64,000 nucleotides of DNA. Source: Takakia lepidozioides (Eukaryota > Plantae > Bryophyta). The position numbers were made by a program, and so were the translations under genes. This document shows, one piece after another, positions 50,635 through 64,000 of the stretch (within the stretch, counting starts at the first letter, position 1; every line of letters begins with the position of its first letter). The DNA is taken from positions 68,944,001 through 69,008,000 of the forward strand of contig CM060733.1 of assembly GCA_030704615.1 (NCBI GenBank). The letters run 5' to 3'. Under the pieces are notes generated by a model. That model saw only the letters and a program-made list of their open reading frames with translations, was not told where the DNA came from and did not search any database.

Positions 50635-53600
50635 GGGAAGATATTCATGTCATGTCAAGACATAGACAAGACTTAGTAAAAGTCATTGTCAAGAAAAATG
50701 ACATAGCAGCCTCATTACAAGGCATTGTCAAACATCTCCTTACATGTACAATCCAAGAAAAAAGATCCTTAAATTACAAGGTATCCTTATATCATCATGT
50801 TAACACTTCCCCTCCATAAATAGTTCATCTTAAATAAAAGAGATTGGATTTCAAAGTTCTTGAAATCATAGGGTGGGAGGGTGGGGTCTTCTAAAAAAAC
50901 AAACACATATCATGAGCATGTAGGGTTCTAAAGAATATATGTACGTTTGCATACAGTCAATCAATCAAAGTCTGAACCACTTTATTTAAAACAAACTGAG
51001 TTTTAAATAAGAGCTGTACGTGTTCCAGTGGCTTACAACAACCAAGCAGAGGGCAAATGCTGTGATGATCATACAAAAACCCGTAAGTCATTACCATGTC
51101 ACATTCCCAATCTCTGGGGGGAGCTTAAGAATACAATTCGTAATAAAAAAAAGCCCTTTAAAAATATTGGCTTGGTAATTCTTGGGTTCAAAAAGCTTAA
51201 ACAAGTATGTTGTAAGCTCAACAGGTCTTTGAGAAAACCATTCCAGCAGGCCTCAGAGTGAGAGCTTTGATGAAAACAATTCTCTATTACAGCTTTAAAA
51301 GACTTGTATGTTCCTAAAAGCACAAGCTGAACTGATTGTACTTCCATAAGTAGATGCAGGGCTATGGTATGTATCCCAGGGCCTTATCCAGTCACTCTGC
51401 CAAGTTTTAGAGAGATCCTCAAAAATACCAATCTGTAATCAGGTTATAATCTCCATGGGGGAGCCTGAAAGAATGTATGTGTTCTTAAAAAGGCTTACCC
51501 AATGCCTTACTTAATACATTCTAAACTGGTGAGGCATAAACAACACTGTCTAACTCTCCAAAAGGCCAGAAAACAGGTCTGGAAAAATGCATCCAATGTC
51601 ACACTTGCACCACCAAACCCTTGTCATCACAACCAGCCCAAACCTTCACAATAAGGTCTGATTTCTAGGAGGCCCAGCCCATTTACTTCCCTGACTTAAC
51701 AGATTTGGTTACAAGAACCAGAAATCAAAGTAAAGGTTTAAGGCATATCCCCCTTGAAGCAGCTTTGAAGCAGAAAATTGCAACAACGGCAGCTTGGAGC
51801 ATATCTTATCCCTCCTGCAGTAACCAGATCATCTGCAAGCCAAAGAGTTCATGCCAAGTGAAATCCCTCACCTGCGCCCGTCCCAAAAACAAACACAAAA
51901 AATATTTTGTGCGTTAGTGAGGATGCGCGAGGTGAATTATAGGATTTCACAGTTGCTATCCATGTCAGGTATGAGCCATAAAGCATGCAAAGATCACAGA
52001 ACCAGCAGAAGAAAGCATAGATGTGACACCACAAAGAACCTCAATCTTTTGTGGAGTAGGACGCTGCAGTGTTCATCATCTGAATTTGAACGAGCACAAC
52101 AAAATGCAACGGGAGAAGAGTTGAGGACAGGTTGTATCTTGTAATACAGGCCGCTTCCCCACCTCCATAACCGCCGCTGCTTCATCAATGAGGAAAAAAC
52201 GTAGGCAAACACAATAGTATGTCATTTGCCATCGCGGGAGATGAAAGTGTCTGCCGTCATCGCGCGTTCAAAAAACAAGAACACACCCGTTCGGATCTTG
52301 CTGCTCGGGCGTTCAGCCGCCATCGAGCATTCCTCCGCCATCGCCCTCTTCCAGAGAGAAAAAACACGCATGATATCGTGTTGTGTCTAGGGCAGAGAGA
52401 CACTTAAAGGAAAACCACCCGCGATTTCATCCACCATCCGGTATGGATGGTATCAGACCAGGATGAAAATTGGGCATTCAATAGGTTTAAATCAAAGGAG
52501 CATAAACCTAAAATGCATTGAAATGCATATCTGCCTATAAATCATCCATTTATGGTTATAACAGAAATTTCATCCAGTATGGATGAAACCTTAAAAATTG
52601 GGATTAAAAATATATAGTATTTCCAAAATAAGTATTATGGAAAAAAATTGATAATCCCAAACAAGTAGTTGGAGAGTCACCATGGAAGAAAAGAATTACC
52701 TCTATGAAGGTTGCCAACAACATCTTTTTTTTCATCCATACCGGTTGAAAAAATACTAGGATAATTTTTTTTCATTCCTCTTTCATTGACGCTTTTTATC
52801 CATACCGGATGGCCTGGTGAGGAATGTTGAATTACCTAGGAGGAGGTAAACTGCTGCCCGGATGATATTCCCTACTTTTTTCATCCTGACATAGTGATTT
52901 GTTTATGGATGACATGATTGTGGCCTGGGATTGATCTTTACTACCCCTAATTATGATTAATTACGGGACAAACCCTAACCCCTACCCTAAAACCTATTTT
53001 CCTGCTGCGGATGGAATCCGTCAGGGTACAATGATGTGTTCTACTATTTTTCATCCACGGATGAAAAATCGGGGGACAAAAAACCCTATGTTGTCTCTCC
53101 CGCTGTCAGAAGCACACGATGTGCTTTTGAGCTCGCGGGGAGAGTGTTATGGCGGATGTGCTTCGGTGGCTGCCTCGTCTGTGGTGTCGTACCCATGCTG
53201 GACGAGCGCCTGGGGAGGCGCGAAGGCGGCGCCTTGTCTCTCTTGCAGCGGGAAGCACCGCTATGAATGCAGTGGCATCTTCCCTCCTCTGGCTTTTTAT
53301 GTTTAGCAAGGGCACTTGTGCTGGGAAGTATCTCTCCCTCCTTTCTAGTGCCTTGCGATTGTGCCTGCTTTGCTTCATTGCTTACGTGCTTTGCGGAGGC
53401 GGCTTGCTGCGGGTGGTGATGGCGCATAACCCTCTTCCCCAATCGCTTAAGGTGCCTTTGGAGTTTAGGGATTCTCATGTTCTTATCTTCTTCTCTTGCT
53501 TTTGAGTTTCTTAGTTGACATCGATGACAAGTGTGAGGGTCTGTGATTCACCTGGGGTTCCACAATCCTCACTAATCTGTTGATTTTGTGGGGGTTTGTG

Positions 53601-54903
53601 ATGGGACCAAGTGAGGACCCTCACCTACTTTGAAGTTTCTTGAGCATGCAGTTGGGATATGGGCTGAGGAGACCTGTGGGTTATTGCGTTGTGAGGAGGC
53701 TGTTGCCTGCAGCCCCGATTTGAACCCGACTGCTCCTGGTTTGGCATGCTACAGCCTGTGTTTTGGCCTTTGTCATTCTACCGTTGATGCGCAGCTCGGC
53801 TTGTCTGGCCTGTTTCCTGAGGCCTGCATACAAACCATACCCTACCTTTTGATCTTTGACAGCAGGGCCTGTGGATTATTGAGCTAGGTTGTAACTTCTT
53901 TTTGGCCAAAGAGGATCTGGTTTTAGGTGGTATGTTTTTGGCGGTTTTGGGTCTCTATGGACATGGTGGCCTTGAATGTTATGGCGGCAGCCTGATAAGG
54001 CACCGACTTGCGCCTTTTCGGGCCTGTTTCTGATGTGTACTGGATCATAGTGAGGTGTTCTTTGCATGCTTTAGCATGGAACTCTTGAAGGATGAGGATG
54101 GTAAGCTGCAATGGGATCCTACCTATAGTTTTGGCTTTGTCATGACATCAGGCCTATGACCTGCAATCTGGTTTTTTATATGCAAAAGAGGCTGGATCTC
54201 AGTTGTTCAAGTAGCTTGTATGTACAAGTTTTGAACCTGCAATTTGACAGGCTGAATTCACATTCCCTTAACACCTTGTATGATCACATGTCTCGGGGTG
54301 AATACAAATGAAATAGAATTTATTTCATCATGCCCAAGTAGGACTGCTTGGTGGCATATTGTGATTCTGACAAATTGCAGGCTGGTCCTTATGCCTTGGC
54401 TGATGCATGACCTGCCATAATTAATGGCTGAAAAAGTAAGATGTTGCAACCTGTCGGTCATGTCCAAGATGTATGTGTGAAAACGTGTCTTGAAATGGTA
54501 ATAGGGCAGGCTGGACTATGGTACCTTGCCCTTTGCATGACCTTAGCACTTTTGTGCTCCTTCAATACATGACCTGCTGGCAAAGTATGTGTGCAGGCTG
54601 AACCAAGAGGCCTTGCAGCCTGCACATGGCAGCAATATCTTATCTTGTCCCACACAAGAACAAATGATTCATTGGCCAAGATGGCCGGATCTCGAGTGTT
54701 CAAGATGCTTACATCCCCTACATGAACAAACCCCACCCTCCCACCCTATTTTATCATGACTGATTGGGTGATGTCAATTCATGGGAAGCTATGACAAGAA
54801 TGGAAATCTTAGATGGTGCCCTGTTTTGGGCTGTTTATGTCTTTAATTGACAATGACCCTAGTAGGTCTTGTCCATGTCTTGACATGACATGAATATCTT
54901 CCC
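50635..54903. mobile_element. About 4.3-kb DNA element with about 75-bp imperfect TIRs, inserted in the LINE
   Basis: GGGAAGATATTCATGTCATGTCAAGACATAGACAAGAC... at 50635 and its reverse complement ...GTCTTGTCCATGTCTTGACATGACATGAATATCTTCCC ending 54903; no clean TSD; no intact transposase. Confidence 0.75.
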
Positions 54904-54929
54904 ACTCTCTCCCACTCTCTTTTTAATTT

Positions 54930-56300
54930 TTTCTACCCCCTCTCTACCATAACAGAGGCTCACTTAGTTGGTGACAGTCCTAGATGTACCCAACACTTCT
55001 ACTCCTTGGCAGCATACACCACTAACAGCACCATGACATGTCAATACAAGTTTTGGCAAATGTCAAGCTCATTGAGTGGGCTGTTATAACCAAAGCTTCA
55101 ACCATATTGGTTTGATGAAATCTGACAGAATTAGGAATGCGATTCTCAAAACGCACATATTCATCAACTGTGATAATTAACTACATGGAGCCCTTGAATG
55201 TCAAAGGTTCACGGACATCTGACATTTACTTGCCGTTTGCTGACGTAAGGCTGGACTTCCGCAGGTCTTAAAGTGGAATTAGCACCCTGCTTTCCCAAAG
55301 GCCTTCCCAGCTTTATCGACTCCCTCTGTTTTTCAGCCTCAAATTCCTTCTGACTATCACGGCGCGCCAAACGTGACCAAAACTGGGAAGCTAAGTGGTA
55401 ACGTCCTGTTGGACCGTATCCTTGTTGGTCTCTCCTATCTGTTCCCTCTCAATCTCTGCCCTTCGCTGTTCAGCCCATGTTGCCCCAACCCCGTTTGGGT
55501 TTCTAAGCTTGGCCAATTCTCGATACTTGGGTCCAGGAGAGCAGTGGCCTACTAGGAACGGCATTGACTGAATTGGCTTTAGATACCTGTCCGTCATCGC
55601 TGGGCTTCAGCCATGGAGGCGGGGCTCCCGAGTGTATATTACCCTCACCAGGTTGCAAGGGGTACGGGCGAATGGTAGTCATGTCTTCACACACCACACA
55701 GATGATGCAAATTTTCTGTTACCTTTCCACGTATTGCATACTATATGTTGATTTAAATCATAGCTGCTTCAATCCTTTCTCTACTTGTTTCCTTCCATCC
55801 TGTGCAACGAAAGGCAGACATGATTGCTATTGCATGGGAGCCCCTTGCCTTTCCCCATTACCCAGCTCCTACATCCTCGCAATAGTAGCCCAGCCGAGAT
55901 TGCTATTGCATGCAAAATACGGTAGTTGTTGAATTGCAAGAGAAAGATAAATCGATGGGCTTGAGGCCTTCAAACTAAGCCAAGGTACACCCAGATAAGG
56001 AAACCCTGCTAACAATAAAGTATAGATCATGCAGACAACGATTATCCCTCATCCACCGAAACAGAAAGCATTAGTATATTACCAGGCAAATACGCTATGT
56101 TTTTCACAGATTTCATGTTCGCAGAAGTAGCACCAGAACTTGTTGTGCACTCGATCCTCTCCACGCAAGCGCGACACATTCTTCACGAAAAAATGACTTC
56201 CTGGATCTTCTGGAGGGCTTTGGACAACAACTGCGACAGGCACTCCTTGAACTTTACAGCATATCTGTGGCCTTTCCCTTGATTGCGGTTCAGCCGGCAC
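54930..56300 (-). pseudogene. Decayed LINE RT and post-RT region continuing the 50634 fragment
   Basis: Weak remnants (IAIMS, YAIRGKVTENLHHLCGV, VLGTSRTVTN) collinear with LINE ORF2. Confidence 0.35.
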
Positions 56301-57619
56301 ACCCGGCAATACTGAAACTGCTTAGGCATCTATCTACTTCTCAGTTTCTCCCCTTCCAAAACAGACTGTCATCGCAAACCTTCCTAATCCACGCAGACTC
56401 ACTGAAACCCACCCTCACTGTTCTTTCTATCTCCCAAGGCCCGCCTGAGAACAGAATTTGCCCTTTTCAGGCCCTCATGCACCATCAGATTCCAGAATGG
56501 GCCTGCACAGCGTACGAATAACACCACCATGAAAACTCATTCAGATTCCAGTCATGACACCTAATTGCTACAAGGACCTCCTCTATGAATGCATCAATTC
56601 AACACTCCTTCCTAGACAATTCTATCTGCAGATCTCTCTTTCCATGAGACTCATTCCAAAAACATGAGTCACTCTGCAGCCTCACCAAATTCAGTCTACC
56701 ATCTCAGTGGATTGAACACCTTCCATCAACGCTCTGTATTCATGATCCTTTTTTCCCATTTTTCTAAATGTACATGTCAATGTCCTACCTCCCTTTGCTG
56801 CAATCTTCTTCTGAATCATAATTAAAATTCGCTGACTTACCAACCTTCTCCCCCATCTTATGAGCTGCTCCCAATCAGCTTGGATACATTCCCACCGCTT
56901 AGGCAACCCCCGAGCTTATCCCTTCGGCATACTGAAATGTGTGCATCATTGCAGCAGCACCACTCAACAACTTCACCATTACCTCCTGCCGTCACCGCTC
57001 TCAGCAGCACAAATGCCTCTGTGGTCCAGGTCACTCAATTGAAAGCACATTGATGTCACCACCGCGGCAAGTGTATCCTCCAACGATTCCTAAGTTAAAA
57101 ATCATCAAGGCATTGCCGGGACCACGATCTATTCTGGTAGTAGAACAGCGACAAATCTGCCCTACCCTTTCCATCTCTTGGCTTCCTAATCTACTCCTAA
57201 TCAACTCAAGTCTCAGGGCCAATCAAGAGGACGTCCCTCAAGCAAATCCAACCTCCCTCAGCTCCTCATTCTGCTCGTATCTTCCCAGTATCACCTGATT
57301 CCACGCCATTTACCCTTCCGCATCTAGGGCATCGTCACCAGCGAAAAATTATCGATTTCAACAAATGGAAAAACATGCAGGGTTTCATTAGTCCAAAAAG
57401 AATGAACATACTTAAGCATTTGAATGGGCAGAGTCCTAAGTTCCTGTGTAGGCTTCTTCCCTCCACTACATTCACACTACAAGTACCAAAGTACCCCTGT
57501 TAGTCTGTCCCTAAACCAGCTTAATCCAGGATCCTCTTGTCGGGTGTGTTCTCCAATCATCTGTCCATCAATCCTCTTCTGTGATATCAGGCAAAGACGC
57601 TCTGATTGCATTTAGAGTG

Positions 57620-58834
57620 TCTGAAGAGAGCCTGTACACCCTATCACCATGGATGCGATTGCTAGCCGGGGGCATGACAAACTTAGCAAGACGAATCAAA
57701 TGGGAGTAAACATATGTTGTTGGTTTTGAACCCAACAAAATGTAGGACTTTCCTGTCTTTCCAACCTCCTGATATTATTTCCCACCTATAACCATCTCTC
57801 CATCTTGAAATGCACACCCCCAGTTATCTGCAAATGGCTTGTCGACCCTAAGCAAGGGTTTGTCACAACAAATGATATAAAAATCAGCACCCTCGTCATT
57901 TTTTGGCTCGGCATTGACCACAAAATTGTCCCCAATTTCCAGGGCAGAGGCAAAACTTTCCTCATCTCCTCCAAATTCCCACTCTTCATTCTCGTTTACC
58001 TCACCCACCGCCTTTCTCACAACATCCGTGTTCTTTGGTTCCAACGCTCGAAGCCTCCATTTTCGAGTGTGGGCAATATTCACACACTTCTCCCAGTCAT
58101 GGTCCAAACAAAACGCACAGAAACAAGACAAGTCCCTAACCTGAAGCTTTGTAGGATCCTTGGCATTGATGGCCATAATGCAATGTAATTTCCTACTTCC
58201 AGCCACCGTCTTGCAACCCCACGAAGCTCTACGATCAACATCTGTCTTGCCAATATGCCAAAAAATCCTTTTCAAGGGTTTCTTTTGTTTGGCATACGAG
58301 GTTGCAGGCCTTTCCGATAATTGACCTTGCAAAAAAGTTACTGCATCAGCAGCACTTTGTAGCTTAGTCCCATGAGTTTTCAATTGCTCCGTGCGTAAGG
58401 CCCTCTTTACAACTGCCCAAGCACCATCATGTTCCCCTTTGCCATGGTCTGATCCAAAGAAATTCCAAGCCATGGTACAACCAGATGTAATGCTAGGATA
58501 TCTACTGATAAAATACCATGCCTTAGCACCCTTGAATTGAGCCGCACATCCGTCTGACCACACACAATGGTGGTCAGGAATGAACCCCAAGCCAACAAGA
58601 TACTGCCAATGCAGTTGCATGCAATGTTGAACGAAAAGAGAATCATGCGTTCCGTCGTCACTGATATAAAAATGAATCTCTTTTAAAATGGCTGAATCTG
58701 GGTCATTTGCCTTGGCTTTTGGATTGTGTCTATACGTGATATGGACAAGAATAGCAATCTGAAAAGAATGCCAATGCATTTCCTGGACCTCATTTTGGTC
58801 CTGAAATGCATAGTTCTCCGCAAAGTCTATCACA
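57620..58834 (-). pseudogene. Sola-like (Sola2-type) DDD transposase catalytic core
   Basis: IDFAENY...QEMHW...YISDDGTHD...WSDGCAAQFK...WNFFGSDHGKGEHDG...VVKR, then SCFCAFC; superfamily assigned from recalled motifs. Confidence 0.7.
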
Positions 58835-58835
58835 A

Positions 58836-59519
58836 ATGGAGAGAAAAGCCAGAGCAGGAAAAAGACAAAGGGATTACAGAGCTGCCTTAAAAGTGAGACA
58901 AGCGGCATTGAAAGCTGAAAGTAATTGCACTCCAGCCTTGCCTTTGACAAGACGAGCATTGCGAGAGAAGGTATTCGATATTGCACAGAGTTGTAGCACA
59001 TCATTGTGTAGCCTTGGAGATGTGGAGGTCCAAAAACAGGTTTGGGGTAGGGTCATAGACCACAACCTGTTGAGGCATGCTAGGCCAAGCCATTTTCTTT
59101 CTACAAAAGATACACAGGCACAAGCTGCCATAGTGAGCAATGTTAGAAGAGGTTTGCTTACTGTAAAGGGTGCCCAATCTAAAGATCATTTGGCTGCCAA
59201 GCATGCCACCATTAGCATGGCGGTTGGTACAAATTTGTCGGGAGTTAGGGCTACAGCACGAGCTCTAGGGGTCAACAGAAGCAATGTGACGGCAACGGTA
59301 CTACGCCGACGTGTTATTGATGGTGATGGGCAAGGTTTGTGGGCTTTGAGTGGAAGAAAGAAAAGAATGAATGTAGTTTCAGATGATACCAGGCATATCG
59401 TGGAAGACTGGTGGGAGACTGAGACGACAGTTTCCCCAAACAAAAAGGATGTCACCAGAAGAAGGATTGCAAGAAAACAGGACGAAGCAAGAGCAACTCA
59501 TTATTTGATGGAATCTCAA
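58836..59519 (+). pseudogene. Probable N-terminal part of a Sola-like transposase, on the opposite strand to the core
   Basis: HTH-like VRATARALGV and TTVSPNKKDVTRRRI...HYLMESQ, followed by a GTATGA donor-like site at 59520. Confidence 0.55.
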
Positions 59520-59890
59520 GTATGAGTTCCAACCAATCTGATGTACAACAATTCATGAGCATAGTTCATGTTTCGTTGAGTTTGATTGACATGGTCTTCG
59601 TGCTTGATGACAGCTTGTGCTTGCATGGTTTCCTAAGTTACTCTTCTTTCTTTATTGACATATTGCATGTTATTACATGTACTTTTATGGACCTTGTACA
59701 TAATAAAGTATTGTTCTATAGTGGTGGTTTATGTCATTGCCGTGGCCTTTGCTTTGTTTTGGTACTTCAGTTGACAAACTACTTTGTCAATTTTTTGTTC
59801 TTTGAACTTTGGTATGGAGCAGTTCTGGAGAAGTTTGGTACTTGCACTCCATGTCACTTAAGTACTGTCTAAGTATTATTTACACCTTAG

Positions 59891-60907
59891 TGTCGAGCGG
59901 CTTTTACTCACCCATCCCTTCGCTATCCGAGGTGGAAACTCCAAGATAGAAGAGTTGGATATCTCTAAACACTCAGCCCGCTCAGAACAATCAGTCATGA
60001 CCTACAGCTAGTGAATCATGGTTGTGCTTCCTATTTGTATTTCTTCTTGCCTTCATGTTAGCAAATTACCTTACTGTGTATACTGAAGCATCAGATTGAT
60101 TCAGTAACTAACAGGTTCCATTCACTCATCCATTCATTCCACAGCTTCACTCATGTCTCTCTACACAGTGTGATTGTATCGAATAAGTATCAGATTAAGA
60201 TTTATCAGGTATCAGGCCAATGCCATGGTGTCCCTAATCTGCCCTACTGTATGATTCTGTAGTTTGCATGAATTAAGCATCGATCCAGTCATCTTCCCAT
60301 CTTCGCCGTTTCCTCCATCCCTAGTTCCGTTTCCGCTCTCCGCTTCATCTCCTCTCCCCCTGACCAAGTCGCTCTCCCAGAAGTGATCCCCCCTTCCTTG
60401 CTGCTCTCCCTCAACTACATGCAAGCTGTTCTAACCACCTAACTAACTAACTAACTGTCACCCCAAGAAGTAACACGTTTCCCCTGCAGATGTCGTTCCC
60501 ACACAGTCGTTCCCTGCCAATGATAACCGTTCCCTATGTACGATGTGACTGGCTGTGCCAAACTGTGTCGGGCTGTGACTGTGCCAAGCTGTGACTGGCT
60601 ATGTTGGGCTGTGATTGGCTGTGTGAAACTGTGTGAAACTGTGTCGGGCTGTGTCGTGCTATGTCTGACTGTGCGAAGCTGTGTCAAGTCGTGATAGACT
60701 GTGACGAGCTGTGACTGGCTGTGTGAGGCTGTGTCGGGCTGTGACTGGCTGTGTAAGCATGTCTACCCCCCCCCCCTCTCCTAAAGCCTGCGTCTGTCAC
60801 CCCTAAGGCCTCTGTCGGTCTAAGTCTACCATCCATAAGTCTGCGCAAAAATTAAGGGTACCCCACAGAACCCGTAAAAACGTCTAAGTCCCAAACACCC
60901 TCTAACA
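59891..60907 (-). repeat. 3' LTR of element C
   Basis: Reverse complement reads TGTTAGA...CCGCTCGACA; contains a CACAGCC array. Confidence 0.92.
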
Positions 60908-63900
60908 TTACCCCTCCCCCTCTCAAAAAGCCGTGTCCTCACGGTTTACTGCTTAGGATCAGCAAACCTTTGTGAGCGAGCACCCTTCTGACGGTGAGAG
61001 TCTCTTGAAGGGCTTTGTGTGCGAGCTCGAGCCCTATCACTGGCTGATGGAGGTGATTGAGCACCAAATGGAAATGTCTGACCCGCCTGTGGTTGATAAC
61101 GAGGTAACCTCTCAGGCATAGGAGATCCCCGTCGTTTCTTCTCCGCCATCTGGAGGGCATAGTCCTCCGCCATGTCAAAAGGTTCCTCTGAAGAATCAGT
61201 AGTATCAGAATCATCTTCCTCCCTGAGGTGTTTTGGTGGCCGAACTTTAAGTGGCTCCTCCGGAATCCTGCATGGCATACAATGTTGGCCCACCATGTCT
61301 GGAAGCTTAAACTGTACTACTTGTTGTAAACGTTTGCAAGCAAAATGAGTGAACTCCCTGAACTCCTTGGCCGTATAGGTGAGAGGTGTGCCAATGACTT
61401 TGGAACAATGTATGTATTTCCAAGCTTCATGTCTCTTATAGAAAATATCATCAGGGCCCAATTTTTCTTTGACCAAGTTGTTCCAAGTCAAATCAAACGA
61501 AGCTGGGAATCCTTCTGCATCATGACTTTCGCATCATAAAGATACATATGGGGCGGAACTGAAGGTAAGACCCAATGATCCCCACTGAAATAACTCAAAA
61601 ATCGTGATTGCATCTTCTGCTACTCAATGTGATAATGTGCCATGAAACAAGCAGCATAGTACAATCCACAGCCCATGACAATACTAGATGCCTCCTTGGT
61701 CTTGGTGTAGATATACCCATGAACAACCTGGAAGGCAATTAATTTCTTCAGCATGGTGCCTACCTCAGACCAGTACCTTGCAAAATGATGATCCTCAATG
61801 GGTCGATTGTTCGGAAGAACCTTAGTCCGAGTTGCCACTGGCAACCAAATGCACATGATCTGGTAATAATGTGCCAAAGATTGGGGAGGACTGAATTCAT
61901 TCCAAGCCAAATCCATCACAATGGGAATTTGGTTGAAGGGCATAATCATAGCCCGATTGTACTCCCGCGCAGCAGGAGTCCTAGGTGGGTTGAAAGCAGC
62001 ATTGCCCCAAACCTCAGACTGTGGTTGCGCCATGGCATCAACAGTGTCAGCCACATGCACAGCAACCTGCTGTGGAGGTTGTGATATTGCCGCCGTTGTC
62101 CCTCCTACTGCTGGCAACTCTTGCACCTCCTGTGATGAAGATTGGAAAATCAAAGTCCTAGCCTACAGATAAGTAGCCATAAGCTGCTCTTCAGGAACTA
62201 AAGCTCTGTTGTCAATGTTCGAGCTCAGGTCATCCACTTGAGTCTGCATCCCTTCTACATCATCTTGTAACTCAGCTATTCTACTATAGACATTGTCTAT
62301 AGTAGTTGTGGCAATGTTCTGGACCTGCAACCTGAGATCATTCATCTCCCCCTGGGTGAGCTTGCGTGGGGCCTTCCCTTCCACCGGCCCTTGTGTTAAC
62401 CATATTTGCATAAGATGATTATCCACCAAGTCTTGCGTAGCACCCCTAAGAACCTGCTCCTCCTTAAGTCTGTACACATCTAACTGTTGTTGTAAACCTC
62501 CATGCGCTTTGTATGAGGTTCAACCAGGGCCGCATAGGCAGCAGCCAGATTATTGGCTTCCTTCTAAGCCTTGTTAGCCACAGAAAGTTCATTCTTCTGG
62601 CCCGTGAGAGTTTGCTGGAACTCCAAGATGGAAGGTATCCTCATTGCCACGGATAGTAGCCGTCAACTCAGCAATGAATTTCCCTTGCTCCACTGTCTCG
62701 GCCTGCCATATCATACACCTCTCTGCTTGTTTGTTAACTTCTGGTGCAGTCTGCTGCAGAGCAGTTGTCATCGTGGCGCATTGGATGGTCATTTTCTGAT
62801 GAACTGCTTCCAACTCTGTATGAAGCACCTTTACCTCCTGCAATTTATCCTCATGCGTCATTTGCAACTGGTATAGTTGTTGCTTATGCACTGCATGGAA
62901 ATTCCCTACTCCAAACCTGCTTCAATCATATTCCCCTTTGCTAGCTGCAAGGCAGCCTTGGTGTCCTCCAACTCTTTCTGTAACTTGAGGTTGGCCTCCA
63001 CATCTACCTTATTTGCACACTCAGTGGCAATTCTAGCCTCAAACTCCTGCTTGAGTTCCTCCCTCAAAGCTGCCAATTGTGTAGATGGAACATGGGATTT
63101 CACATATAAGTGCCCAACAAATTGAGTGTCATGCTTATGGAACTCATAAGCATGGCTTGATGTGGATCTTCATGGTAAACTTGCTGCTGTTCTCCCTAAT
63201 CCTCCATAATGTGATGTTTCACCAACCATTCAGGCCACGTTCCCATCTTGAACGACCTCATTCCCCACAGGCGCTGCAGTGCCCTAACATTCTACCTCTG
63301 GAACCTCCGCCACAAGTTTGGGTATCACATGCACAGCAGGGATTTCCTTGGTCAAACTCTGTACCTCTGGTACCATTGGTTCCCTGACCAAGCCAGAGTT
63401 TTCATAGAGAAGGTCACCCTTCTCAATTTCTGCCACAACCTGCTCTGTAGTGGAATGTCCAACCCTTCTCCTTCCAGAGCAATAGGCTCTGGTGCAACAA
63501 CATGTACTAACTGAGGGACCTCTGAGACAACCAAGTCAACTAGTTGTGATGGCTGTGGTACCAAAGTGACTTCTTCTTCCCTCTCCAAAGGTCGTGCTTT
63601 CAGTAATAACAGCCCCTGTGTGGCTGTTCCCCATCTTGCACAAGAGCTATGGAAAAATCATCATTTCGCGGTTCCCTTGAAGCTAGTGGATCAGCCACTA
63701 TAGGCGTGTCCCTCTAATGTTTCTTGGACTGGCGCCGCCCTTCCAATCCACCTTCACCATGTGAAGAGCCCTGCTCCTCAACTGCAGTGGTTGCTGCCTC
63801 AAACACTCCCATCTCCTTACGTTCGCGCGCATCAAGTATGCAAGAATCAAGAATAAATTTCGCAATCATGGGGCCAGACACAACGATTGGAGACATAGCA

Positions 63901-64000
63901 GCAGTGCCTTGTAACCACTTCATCTCTTCCACCCAAACCATTGTACATTAAATCCGCCCAAGCCACATCTTCCCCCCTCAAGGCTTTCAGTATCTCCTCC
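59891..64000 (-). mobile_element. 3' part of a second member of element A's family (element C); continues past the window end
   Basis: LTR 59891-60907 homologous to A's LTR; PPT 60911-60924; 3' extra ORF homologous to about 10750-13827. Confidence 0.93.

Noticed and set aside
57775-59004. Single 409-aa protein as given in the ORF track
   Set aside because: The first roughly 55 residues are the antisense of the plus-strand ORF; transposase similarity begins only at IDFAENY

Overview
Eukaryotic, repeat-rich window, most likely from a non-seed land plant (inferred from an intron-containing AT-hook/PPC gene and PLS-type PPR remnants). Bases 1-22.6 kb are two nested Ty3/gypsy LTR retrotransposons. 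Element A is complete (1660-14751, 13.1 kb, TSD TTGAT, tRNA-Arg-like PBS, extra ORFs 5' of gag and 3' of pol). It sits inside element B, whose polyprotein reads gag - protease - C5 DNA cytosine methyltransferase (DNMT3-like) - RT - RNase H - integrase - PHD finger. This methylation writer plus chromatin reader architecture is the most notable feature of the window. The only clear host gene is a 7-exon AHL (AT-hook + PPC/DUF296) gene on the minus strand (33159-37654). The rest is a mosaic: two copies of a tRNA-derived SINE with TSDs, a hAT MITE, a TTAA/CCC (piggyBac-like) element, a 4.3-kb TIR element inside a decayed LINE, a lone integrase remnant, PPR pseudogene pieces, a Sola-like transposase split across both strands, and the 3' end of a second member of element A's family (59891-64000, minus). 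All calls come from reading the sequence by eye; no database searches were run.
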